From Gammaproteobacteria bacterium (GTDB lineage Bacteria > Pseudomonadota > Gammaproteobacteria > SZUA-229), in assembly GCA_032251315.1 (NCBI GenBank), contig JAVVEE010000006.1, forward strand, positions 1 to 49,679: 49,679 nucleotides of DNA, written 5' to 3'. This document shows, piece after piece, positions 39,316-49,679 of this stretch. Below the pieces are notes generated by a model, which was not told the DNA's origin, did not search any database, and was given only the letters and a program-made list of their open reading frames with translations. The translations under genes and the position numbers were made by a program. Each line of letters opens with the position of its first letter. The stretch's first letter is position 1.

Positions 39316-41078
39316 TACATCGATTCCGGCGCGCTCACGCCGAGCAGGTCGAGGCCGTTGCGGATGACCTGACGTGTGGCGAGAATAAGATTGAGTCGGG
39401 CATTACGCACGGCGTCGTCATCCACAATAAACTGATGCGCGTTGTAGTAGGTGTGAAACAGGTTCGCCAGTTCGCGCAGGTAATGCACCAGCGTATGCGG
39501 CTCGGCATTGAGCGCGGCTTTTTCGAGCAGATCCGGGTAGATGCCGAGTTTGGTGATCAGTTCGGTTTCGTGCGACTCGGTGAGCTGTGCCAGATTTGCG
39601 TGGCCCTGTTCGACATCGTGGCTCAGGTTTTTTTCCTTGAGCTGATTCAGCACGCTGCACACGCGGGCATGGGCATACTGAATATAGTAAACCGGGTTTT
39701 CATTGCTCTGCGATTTGGCCAGATCCAGATCGAAATCCATGTGCTGTTCGCAGCGACGCATGACATAAAAGAAACGCGCGGCATCGTTGCCGACCTCTTC
39801 GCGCAACTCGCGCAGGGTCACGAAGGAGCCAGAGCGGGTCGACATCGGCACGCGCACGCCGCTGCGATAGAGAATGGCGAATTGCACCAGCAGAATGTCC
39901 AGCTTGCTTTCATCTTCGCCGAGGGCATTGATCGCCGCTTTCACGCGCGCGACATAACCGTGATGATCGGCGCCCCAGATATTAATGACGCGCTCATAAC
40001 CGCGCTGGAACTTGTCCATGTGATAGGCGATGTCGGAGGCGAAATAGGTGGGCTGGCCGTTGTCACGAATCACCACGCGATCTTTTTCATCGCCGAAGTG
40101 GGTGGATCTGAACCAGAGCGCGCCCTTTTCGGTGTAGATGTAGCCCGCCGCCTGTAGCTGTTCGACGGCGGTGGTGATCAGGCCGCGATCAGCCAGCGAT
40201 TTTTCCGAATACCAGTAGTCATAGTGCACACCGAACTCGGCCAGATCCTGTTTGATGTCCGCCAGAATCGTGTCCAGTCCGGCGTTGTAGACAATCAGGT
40301 ATTCGGCTTCACCGAGCAGGTTCTGCGCGCGCTCGATCAGCGCGTCGATGTGCTTTTCCTTGTCGCCGCCCGCCGGTTCGTCGGGCGGAATATCCTGCAT
40401 GACGGTTTCGGCCGGGTAGACAAAGGCACCATCATGGTCGGCGATGAGCTGACGCGCGATATCAAAAATGTAGGCTTCGCTCTTGTAGCCGTTGCTGGGG
40501 AACGGCACATCGATGCCCGATTCCTGCAGGTAGCGCAGCCAGATGCTGGTGGCGAGAATGTTCATCTGGCGACCGGCGTCGTTGACGTAATATTCGCAGT
40601 CGACATCAAAACCCGCCGCGCGTTTCAACGCCGCCACCGAAGCGCCGTAAGCCGCGCCCCGGCCATGGCCGACATGCAGCGGGCCGGTGGGGTTGGCGGA
40701 GACAAATTCAATCTGGATTTTCTTGCCGGCACCGATACTGGAGCGGCCGTAATCCGCCTGCTGCGCCAGAATCATTTTTATGGCGTTGTTCGCAGTCTCG
40801 GCGCTGACAAAGAAGTTGATAAAACCCGGCCCGGCAATTTCGGTTTTCACCAGTTCAGCATCCTGCGGCAAGGCATCGCAAATCGCCTGCGCCAGTTCAC
40901 GCGGGGGCTTGCCGGCAGCCCTGGCCAGAGTCAGGGCGACGTTGCAGGCAAAATCGCCATGGCTGGAATCTTTGGTGTGCACGACCTGGATGTCGGGCGC
41001 AGTCGAAGCTTCGAGCGTGCCCTCACTTATCAGGGTGTTGAGCGCGTGTCTGATCAGGTCTTCAATCTTATGTTTCAA
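39315..41078 (-). CDS. argS: Arginine--tRNA ligase
   Basis: HGDFACN, GPGFINF, SANPTGPLHVGHGR, GADHHGY, MSTRSG, YYIQYAHAR. Confidence 0.97.
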   Translation of the reverse strand: MKHKIEDLIRHALNTLISEGTLEASTAPDIQVVHTKDSSHGDFACNVALTLARAAGKPPRELAQAICDALPQDAELVKTEIAGPGFINFFVSAETANNAIKMILAQQADYGRSSIGAGKKIQIEFVSANPTGPLHVGHGRGAAYGASVAALKRAAGFDVDCEYYVNDAGRQMNILATSIWLRYLQESGIDVPFPSNGYKSEAYIFDIARQLIADHDGAFVYPAETVMQDIPPDEPAGGDKEKHIDALIERAQNLLGEAEYLIVYNAGLDTILADIKQDLAEFGVHYDYWYSEKSLADRGLITTAVEQLQAAGYIYTEKGALWFRSTHFGDEKDRVVIRDNGQPTYFASDIAYHMDKFQRGYERVINIWGADHHGYVARVKAAINALGEDESKLDILLVQFAILYRSGVRVPMSTRSGSFVTLRELREEVGNDAARFFYVMRRCEQHMDFDLDLAKSQSNENPVYYIQYAHARVCSVLNQLKEKNLSHDVEQGHANLAQLTESHETELITKLGIYPDLLEKAALNAEPHTLVHYLRELANLFHTYYNAHQFIVDDDAVRNARLNLILATRQVIRNGLDLLGVSAPESM

Positions 41079-41149
41079 AATTATGCCGGTCGGGTACTTT
41101 GTGGATGGGCAATTTTACACGTTGATGAGCTGTTGTGTGGGCTGCGGCT

Positions 41150-43387
<2,238 letters not shown>

Positions 43388-43518
43388 AATGAAAAAATCA
43401 GTATCGTAACTGGAGGGTGAATAAAGGTTAAACAGGGCTCACGATTCTACTGGAAATTGAAGCCGGTGATACGAACACAAATTGATAAAATAACCTGCAG
43501 TTGCTATTGACAATAGAG

Positions 43519-44048
43519 TTACCCCCAAAACCTGTGGATAACTCTGTGTGTAAAAGCTGAGTAAGCGCCTCTAACGACCGTATTTCATGACATTGTAACA
43601 ATTTGGTTAAAGTTTGATCAGGTAAATTTGTAGTTATTAAACAGAGACTTACAAGTTATGGCTCTATTATTACAGTGTTTATTGCGGATCTGTCTGAACA
43701 AAAAGGCGCACTAATCTGGTATGTGCATAAGTCCGTTTTAGTGCATGCTTCTTAGCGCGAAAAGTTAAAAAATTTTCTAGGAAAAGTGATCTAACTCCTT
43801 CAAAATAAGGGAAATACCTGAGTTACCCACATATTCTGTGGATAACTTTGTGGATGATAAATTTTTTAAGCTGAAAAACAGGTAAAAAAGCGCTAATTTT
43901 GTTAGATTGTGCAAAAAATAACCACATAATATATTGATACAAATTTCAATAACTTAGAGTTTGGCGAGTCAGGTTTTCCGGTGGATAACTACGCGCTACG
44001 AAGGTATCATTGGACTATATAAGTGGATCATGATTTGGTTGTGCACAA
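43519..44048. promoter_or_regulatory. DnaA-box cluster: two tandem DARS-like modules with Fis-like and IHF-like sites
   Basis: Cores TTACCCCCA-n5-TGTGGATAA-n3-TGTGTGTAA (43519-43553) and TTACCCACA-n5-TGTGGATAA-n3-TGTGGATGA (43823-43857); further boxes at 43722, 43980 and 44040. Confidence 0.75.
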
Positions 44049-44172
44049 CTCACCGGAAAGTTAGTAGTCATTACAGTAAGTTAGGCAATATCAACCATTG
44101 TAATAATGTCGTAATACAGCCAAAAAAGCTCACTGTTTGAAGTGTTGAAATAGTAAAAGATAGTTGGCAGTG

Positions 44173-44203
44173 GTAGGTTGGTGGTGAGGCACGAACCCCA
44201 ACA
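44173..44203 (+). repeat. GTAG-type REP-like hairpin
   Basis: GTAG followed by gttggtggt...accccaac imperfect palindrome. Confidence 0.55.
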
Positions 44204-44292
44204 AAATGGTTAAAAGATAGTTGGCAATTGGCAGTCATCAGTTGGTAGTAAAAGCCCGGGCTCCGGAAAAAACTTACAGACCAGCACAAAAT

Positions 44293-44331
44293 GCCCCCTC
44301 TCCTTTTGGGAGAGGGCTGGGGTGAGGGGGC
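44293..44331. repeat. BoxC-like palindromic repeat, copy 2
   Basis: gccccctctccttttgggagagggctggggtgagggggc. Confidence 0.65.
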
Positions 44332-44411
44332 TTTAAAAAGCGCATTCAGCACGTAAAATCCCCAAACTGCCAACAAACAACCGCCAACTTCCTTTAAAGA
44401 GGCCCGATCCC

Positions 44412-45290
44412 ATGCAACTCCAGCAACATATCGAAAACCAGATTGAACTGGCGACCGGCGAACCCTTCCATATCACCAGTCAGCAGGATGTGGGAGGCGG
44501 CTGCATCAACACCAGCACACAGATCAGCGACGGCAAGCGCCACTACTTCATCAAAACCAACCACCGCCGCCACGCCGCCATGTTCGAAGCAGAAGCCGAA
44601 GGCCTGCGGGCCATGGCCGACACCAACACCATAAAAGTACCGCAGCCAATCTGCCACGGCGAACATGGCGAGCAGTGCTACATCGTCATGGAACATCTAC
44701 AACTGGGTGGTCGCGGCGACAACACCCTGTTTGGCCGACAGCTGGCCGCCATGCACCGCCACACCAGCGAGCAATACGGCTGGCACATCGACAACACCAT
44801 CGGCGCCACGCCCCAGCCCAACCACCCGCACCACGACTGGATCGAATTCTGGCGACAGCACCGCCTCGGCTTCCAGCTCGACCTGGCCGCGCGCAACGGC
44901 TACGGCGGCAAACTGCAGATCCTGGGCGAACGCCTCATGGCCGATTTCCCCGCCCTGTTCAAAAACCACCAGCCCGAAGCCTCCCTGCTGCACGGCGATT
45001 TATGGAGCGGAAACTACGGCGCCCTGCCCGACGGCACCCCGGTCATCTACGACCCCGCCTGCTACTACGGCGACCGCGAAGCCGACCTCGCCATGACCAC
45101 CCTGTTCGGCAGCTTCAGCCGCGACTTCTACACCGCTTACAACGAAGCCTGGCCACTGGACGACGGCTACCCGCAACGCCGCACCTTCTACAACATCTAC
45201 CACATCATCAACCACACCAACCTGTTCGGCGGCGGCTACCACGACCAGGCCATCAGCATGATGGAGCAGGTGCTGGCGGAGTTGGGTTGA
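44412..45290 (+). CDS. Fructosamine kinase family protein
   Basis: GGGCIN, FEAEAEGL, DNTIGATPQ, LLHGDLWSGN, DPACYYGDREADLAM. Confidence 0.92.
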   Translation: MQLQQHIENQIELATGEPFHITSQQDVGGGCINTSTQISDGKRHYFIKTNHRRHAAMFEAEAEGLRAMADTNTIKVPQPICHGEHGEQCYIVMEHLQLGGRGDNTLFGRQLAAMHRHTSEQYGWHIDNTIGATPQPNHPHHDWIEFWRQHRLGFQLDLAARNGYGGKLQILGERLMADFPALFKNHQPEASLLHGDLWSGNYGALPDGTPVIYDPACYYGDREADLAMTTLFGSFSRDFYTAYNEAWPLDDGYPQRRTFYNIYHIINHTNLFGGGYHDQAISMMEQVLAELG

Positions 45291-45373
45291 GGAGCATTTT
45301 TGTGTGTAATACATGGCTGCTGCTTAAAAAGTTACGCTTGATTTGCGTATAATTAAGGTATATATTTTATCCT

Positions 45374-45640
45374 ATGTATTGTTTTGAATATGACGATAAA
45401 AAGAGTGCTTCAAATTTAAAGAAGCACGGCATTGATTTTGTTATGGCGCAGGGGCTCTGGAATGACCCTGACCTTATCGAGATACAGGCAATATCAAATG
45501 ACGAGCCCCGTTTTTTGATCATTGCTTCCCTGGCTAACAAAATCTGGTCAGCAGTCATCACCTATCGAGGTAGCACTACTATTAGAATAATTTCAGTCAG
45601 GCGCGCCCGTAAAGCGGAGGCAGCAGTTTATGAAAGCTAA
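45374..45640 (+). CDS. BrnT-family ribonuclease toxin
   Basis: FEYDDKKSASNLKKHGIDF, EPRF, IRIISVRRA. Confidence 0.9.
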   Translation: MYCFEYDDKKSASNLKKHGIDFVMAQGLWNDPDLIEIQAISNDEPRFLIIASLANKIWSAVITYRGSTTIRIISVRRARKAEAAVYES

Positions 45641-45866
45641 AGATTTTGATAAAAAATTTGATGACAACAAAGCAGATATTATTGATGATCTTGATCTGTC
45701 TACTTTAAAAAAGCCAAATCAGATACAGAAGAGAGTCAATGTTGATTTCCCTGCATGGGTAATAGAGTCTCTGGATAAAGAAGCCAGCCGGGTTGGTGTG
45801 ACGCGCCAATCAATAATCAAGCTCTGGTTAGTGGAACGGCTGGAGGAGAAGGCGGCGAACAAATAG
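45630..45866 (+). CDS. BrnA/CopG(RHH)-type antitoxin
   Basis: MKAKDFDKKFD...KRVNVDFPAW...GVTRQSIIKLW; overlaps the toxin stop. Confidence 0.85.
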   Translation: MKAKDFDKKFDDNKADIIDDLDLSTLKKPNQIQKRVNVDFPAWVIESLDKEASRVGVTRQSIIKLWLVERLEEKAANK

Positions 45867-45902
45867 TTGTTTGTTTGGGTTCAGGGTAAAAGCTGCATGT
45901 AC

Positions 45903-45989
45903 AGCATTATCAACCAAGTCATGCTACTTCATAGACGCAAAAGATTGCTCGGAATGGCGAAGAAAATAAAGAGTGATTATGATACTTGA
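45903..45989 (+). pseudogene. C-terminal remnant related to the end of the RAYT-type fragment at 1816-1869
   Basis: ...GMAKKIKSDYDT* followed by CCCCTTTT; matches ...VLKAIRSDYEA* CCCTTT at protein and DNA level (gagtgattatga..cttgaccc). Confidence 0.5.
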
Positions 45990-46216
45990 CCCCTTTTTCT
46001 TTTTTTCTCCTTTATTAAGTTTCAGTCAAAATTAACCAGAAGCATGCAACAGATTTTACGACTATTGCAACTTAACCTGTTTGAAAAACGAGACTTGATG
46101 GCACTACTGCGTGGCGATCCGCCACGGGCAGTAAACATCAACAGTAATCAGATGGCTTTACTGTGAAAGTTAACGGGACAGCAGTGATATAGTTATTAAA
46201 TAGGCCCAGTATTTAA

Positions 46217-46942
46217 ATGAATTCAAATGTTGACAATGTAATCGCTGTTCGCTGCCGAGGTGTAACCAAGACCTATGGGACGGGGCCATCAAAAGTAGCT
46301 GCTTTGCGGGGTATTGACCTTGATGTGCACCGTGGTGAGTTAGTGATGCTTGTCGGGCCATCTGGCTGTGGTAAGACAACGCTTATTTCTATTATTTCGG
46401 CAATCCTTGAGCAGGATGAAGGTCAATGCGAAGTGCTTGGTCATGATCTGATATCTCTTGATCAGGAAGAAAAGAGTCGTTTTCGGGGAGAATCGATTGG
46501 TTTTGTTTTTCAGGTATTTAACCTGATGCCCGCGTTGACAGCAGCGGAGAATGTTGCTGTTCCATTATTGATTAAAGGTATTGCCTATAAATCTGCTATG
46601 GAGCAGGCACAAGTGGTTCTTGATTCTGTGGGATTGGCATCCCGATCAGATGCCTTGCCAGGACAGCTTAGCGGTGGACAGCAGCAACGTGTCGCGATTG
46701 CGCGCGCTCTTGTACATAACCCAAAGCTGATTGTTTGCGACGAACCAACCAGCAGCCTTGATCACAAAACCGGGCATGAAATGATGAATCTTCTTCGTGA
46801 TATTGCCCACAGTCCTGACAGGACCTTGATTATTGTCACCCATGATAATCGCATTCTGGAGTTCGCAGATCGAATCGCTCGTATGGATGATGGCAGAATC
46901 GTTGGTAAGGGAACGGGTAATGAAAGGGAGCAATTGCTATGA
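46217..46942 (+). CDS. ABC exporter ATP-binding protein (LolD/MacB/DevA type)
   Basis: [33 protein letters not shown]. Confidence 0.92.
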   Translation: MNSNVDNVIAVRCRGVTKTYGTGPSKVAALRGIDLDVHRGELVMLVGPSGCGKTTLISIISAILEQDEGQCEVLGHDLISLDQEEKSRFRGESIGFVFQVFNLMPALTAAENVAVPLLIKGIAYKSAMEQAQVVLDSVGLASRSDALPGQLSGGQQQRVAIARALVHNPKLIVCDEPTSSLDHKTGHEMMNLLRDIAHSPDRTLIIVTHDNRILEFADRIARMDDGRIVGKGTGNEREQLL

Positions 46943-47859
46943 AACGTGCCTACATCCTGCCTTTGCTGGCACTCATCGGCCTTGGTATTGCTATTGCGGC
47001 AATCTTTCATGGTAATAAGCCCCCAGGCGTAAAGACCCAGGGTATTTTGCAATTTCAACCGCCTTTTGAATCTTATGTCGCGGGAGCAGGTATTGTTGAG
47101 GCCACCACCGGTAATATTTCTATCGGTACACCTGTTTCAGGCATCGTCATGGAGATTTATGTAAAAGTGGGTGACCCTGTGAAAGCGGGTGATCCTTTAT
47201 TCAAGATCGATGATCGTGATCTTCAGGCACAGCTTCTGACAGCCAGGGCAAAGGTAAAAGAAGCCGCCGCTGCATTGCAAAAACCCAAACATCGGCTTGA
47301 GCGTGCAGAGCAGCTTAATAAACGTGATCCCAATGCGATCAGTGTTCAGGATCTGGAGGTGCTTCGTGATGAGGCCGTCCAGGCCGAAGCCACGTTTACC
47401 CTGGCCAGATCGCAGCTTGAGCAACTTCAGGTGGAAATCGAGCGTCATATTGTACGCGCACTTATACCCGGTGAAGTATTGCAATTAAGAATGCGTCTGG
47501 GCGAATTCGTTGAAGGAAGTAGTACTGCCCCTCCATTGCTGGTGTTGGGCGGTAATAATAAGATGAATTTGCGTGTCGATGTGGATGAGCATGATGCCTG
47601 GCGAGTTCAACCTGGAATGAATGCGGTCGCTTTTGTGCGCGGCCACCCGGAACTGAAAATACCGCTGCGTTATGAATATACCGAGCCACAAATTATTCCT
47701 AAGACCTCATTGACGGGTCAAAGCACGGAGCGCACTGATACACGCGTTTTACAGGTAATTTATAGTTTTGAAATAACAGATGCGTCTATCCATATAGGAC
47801 AGCAATTAGATGTATTTTTAGAGGTACCTGCAAATAATACTGGCGAAGCGAGACCATAG
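46939..47859 (+). CDS. Periplasmic adaptor / membrane fusion protein (HlyD family)
   Basis: N-terminal TM, VKVGDPVKAGDPLF, coiled coil, ERTDTRVLQVIY. Confidence 0.88.
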   Translation: MKRAYILPLLALIGLGIAIAAIFHGNKPPGVKTQGILQFQPPFESYVAGAGIVEATTGNISIGTPVSGIVMEIYVKVGDPVKAGDPLFKIDDRDLQAQLLTARAKVKEAAAALQKPKHRLERAEQLNKRDPNAISVQDLEVLRDEAVQAEATFTLARSQLEQLQVEIERHIVRALIPGEVLQLRMRLGEFVEGSSTAPPLLVLGGNNKMNLRVDVDEHDAWRVQPGMNAVAFVRGHPELKIPLRYEYTEPQIIPKTSLTGQSTERTDTRVLQVIYSFEITDASIHIGQQLDVFLEVPANNTGEARP

Positions 47860-49053
47860 ATGTTTTATATTGCCTTGAAAATGCTCATGGGTGATCGGGC
47901 CAAATATATTGGTCTGCTGATGGGTATTTCATTTACCGCCTTTCTCGTGACTTTTGCGGCTTCTTACTTTGCGGGCTTCATGACACTTGGTTTTTCTTTA
48001 ATATCGGAGAATAACTCAGCCGATGTATGGGTCATGGATCCGGCTGTCGATTCTGTAGAACTCACCACCAACATGCCCGGCTCGGCATTGGAGCGAGTGC
48101 GTGGCGTGGAGGGCGTGCGTTACGCTGTGCCTCTGACGCTGGGTGATGTGGATGTGCGGTTCCCTAATGGTCGCTTTCAATCGTTCCAGGTTATCGGTGT
48201 GGACGATGCCACACTGGCAGGAGCACCGATCTTAATAGATGGAACCTCACCCGAGGTATTAAGGGCACCCGGTGCGGTCATTGTAGACCCCGGTGGTAGC
48301 AGTGGGAAAATGCAAACCCCGCTGTTGAAAAAAGACCAATGGCCCCATGATGGTGTGCATCTTAATGCAGCAACACGTGAGTTAATGGCGGGGGATGAGC
48401 TTTTAGTGAATGGTCATCGCATCGTGGTGGCCGGACGATCGAAAACCATCCCCAGATTTCCGCCTCGACCGCTGATCTACACGACCTACTCGAATGCCAC
48501 CCGTATTCTGCCGATAGAAACCAATGTATTAACTTTCGTCATGGTTTCCAAACAACCCGGCATGTCGGCACAGCAGTTGGCACGTAGTATCCAGAAGACG
48601 ACTGGCTTACGTGCTCGCACGACTGACGCATTCAAGGAAGATACAGTACGCTGGTATCTCATCAATTCTGAAGATGTGGGGGACATGGCTGCCATGCTGA
48701 TCCTTGCCATGACGGTGGGGTTTGGTGTGGCTGGTGTCATGCTATATATGTTTACTTATGAGAATTTAAAACAGTATGCTGTGCTTAAAGCAATGGGCGC
48801 ATCACGACGTTTATTGTTGACCATGATTTTCGTTCAGGCCGGGGTATGTGCACTCTTGGGTACCGGTATTGGGCTTGGTTTATGCGCGATAATTGGCGAA
48901 ATGGTTGCAACAGTCGGTTTCCCATTTCGCATGATGTGGTTTACACCATTTTTTGGCGCTTTGGGTGTGATGATCGTGAGTCTTACTGCTGCCGCGATCA
49001 GTGTACGGCCAGTACTGAGACTAGAGCCTGGAGTGGTTTTTGCGGGTCGTTAG
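47860..49053 (+). CDS. ABC exporter permease (FtsX/MacB/DevC type)
   Basis: IALKMLMGDRAKY, ADVWV, YAVLKAMGAS, C-terminal TMs, LEPGVVF. Confidence 0.9.
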   Translation: MFYIALKMLMGDRAKYIGLLMGISFTAFLVTFAASYFAGFMTLGFSLISENNSADVWVMDPAVDSVELTTNMPGSALERVRGVEGVRYAVPLTLGDVDVRFPNGRFQSFQVIGVDDATLAGAPILIDGTSPEVLRAPGAVIVDPGGSSGKMQTPLLKKDQWPHDGVHLNAATRELMAGDELLVNGHRIVVAGRSKTIPRFPPRPLIYTTYSNATRILPIETNVLTFVMVSKQPGMSAQQLARSIQKTTGLRARTTDAFKEDTVRWYLINSEDVGDMAAMLILAMTVGFGVAGVMLYMFTYENLKQYAVLKAMGASRRLLLTMIFVQAGVCALLGTGIGLGLCAIIGEMVATVGFPFRMMWFTPFFGALGVMIVSLTAAAISVRPVLRLEPGVVFAGR

Positions 49054-49100
49054 GGTCGAAAAGGGGTCAAAAAAGCAAAAAGAAAACCGGGGTCGGAACA

Positions 49101-49300
49101 GAATGGCACTTACTTAAGCCTCTTAAGATGACCATTTTTTAAAATATCGGCTTGTGCTTCTGATCATGGCTTCATTAGTAAGGGGAATGGCTTAGGCCTT
49201 CTTTTAACGGCCCTTGGTTCAACTCTACCTGCTCGATTTCCCACATGAATTTGTGCAACCATTCTCAGCAATATAGCCACTTTCTTATAGTTCGTTGCTG
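49101..49300 (-). mobile_element. IS4-family right-end fragment (transposase C-terminus plus terminal sequence)
   Basis: Minus-strand translation ...VGNRAGRVEPRAVKRRPKPFPLLMKP*SEAQADILKNGHLKRLK* ending in CTTAAGTAAGTGCCATTC. Confidence 0.7.
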
Positions 49301-49322
49301 GCTGTAAAAAACGCAAAAAAAC

Positions 49323-49366
49323 GGGTAGAGTAGAGGGCAGGCGAGAGCCTGCTCTCTACTCTACCC
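49323..49366. repeat. 20-bp stem hairpin with GAGA tetraloop
   Basis: gggtagagtagagggcaggc-gaga-gcctgctctctactctaccc, one G-T wobble. Confidence 0.85.
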
Positions 49367-49391
49367 CACCAAAGGCCGTGACCCCGGTTTT

Positions 49392-49468
49392 CTCAAGTGC
49401 ACCACCAGCAATACGGTTAAACACTTCAAAAGGCATTTTATAATTGAGGCGTTTTCTCGGCCTACGGT
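49392..49468 (-). mobile_element. IS30-family 3' end fragment
   Basis: RRPRKRLNYKMPFEVF...GALE with GGTGCACTTG, typical of IS30 transposase C-termini running into the right end; truncated. Confidence 0.65.
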
Positions 49469-49502
49469 AATGGGGTGATCGAATTTGACCATTGAATGCA
49501 CG

Positions 49503-49571
49503 CCTTATAGCAGCATCATTTACGCCAATGCATTTCGGGTGGCGGATGCGATCATCGAACAACTGGGGTAA
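49503..49571 (+). pseudogene. Possible C-terminal remnant of a GMC oxidoreductase
   Basis: PYSSIIYANAFRVADAIIEQLG* resembles the terminal helix of GMC-family enzymes; very short. Confidence 0.35.
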
Positions 49572-49575
49572 TACC

Positions 49576-49679
49576 ATGTCTGTCCCTAAATCGACAAACC
49601 GAAACACCACGGGCCAGAAGGCACTCCGCTGGCGTTCTGCCATTCTGGGGCTGGGAATGGCACTCATTCACGCCAACGC
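49576..49679 (+). CDS. Start of a probable exported protein (runs off window)
   Basis: ATG 4 nt after the upstream stop; MSVPKSTNRNTTGQKALRWRSAILGLGMALIHAN, signal-peptide-like, open to the window end. Confidence 0.4.
   Translation, partial: MSVPKSTNRNTTGQKALRWRSAILGLGMALIHAN

Noticed and set aside
43400-44070. Calling the DnaA-box region the chromosomal origin oriC
   Set aside because: No dnaA, mnmG or rpmH neighbours and no clear DUE 13-mer or GATC array; box geometry fits DARS better. It cannot be fully excluded without GC skew.
49356-49667. 103-aa minus-strand ORF
   Set aside because: Chimeric: only the last third is IS30-derived; the rest is antisense to plus-strand coding fragments.

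Overview
Chromosomal window of a gammaproteobacterium, probably a sulfur-cycling one (tetrathionate-reductase-type gene, MBL-fold hydrolase, block of small conserved hypotheticals). GC-rich core blocks: 3' end of ttrA; amrB-amrA-polX-efpL-OsmC-like run divergent from amrS (AmmeMemoRadiSam system); sucA-sucB-lpdA-sucC-sucD; rdgB-rph/yicC; MFS-acyltransferase; priA-argS-SPOR. Three accessory or decayed zones: (i) 750-1900, with DUF2202 and RAYT-type transposase remnants; (ii) an AT-rich island at about 22.2-30.9 kb with orphan ORFs (DUF697, a degenerate FtsZ/tubulin-like protein, an integron-cassette-like lipoprotein gene, a secreted PD-(D/E)xK-like protein, a sigma-70/ECF-like factor and coupled partner), an intact IS1380-family element and a truncated IS66; (iii) 45.3-49.7 kb, with a BrnT/BrnA-type TA pair, an ABC exporter operon and IS4/IS30 fragments joined at recurrent TGACCCC motifs. 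The most striking non-coding signal is upstream of priA: two tandem, sequence-divergent modules 304 bp apart, each with a DARS-type three-DnaA-box core followed by Fis-like and IHF-like sites at conserved spacing. No rRNA, tRNA or CRISPR array was seen. All assignments come from reading motifs by eye; no database searches were run.
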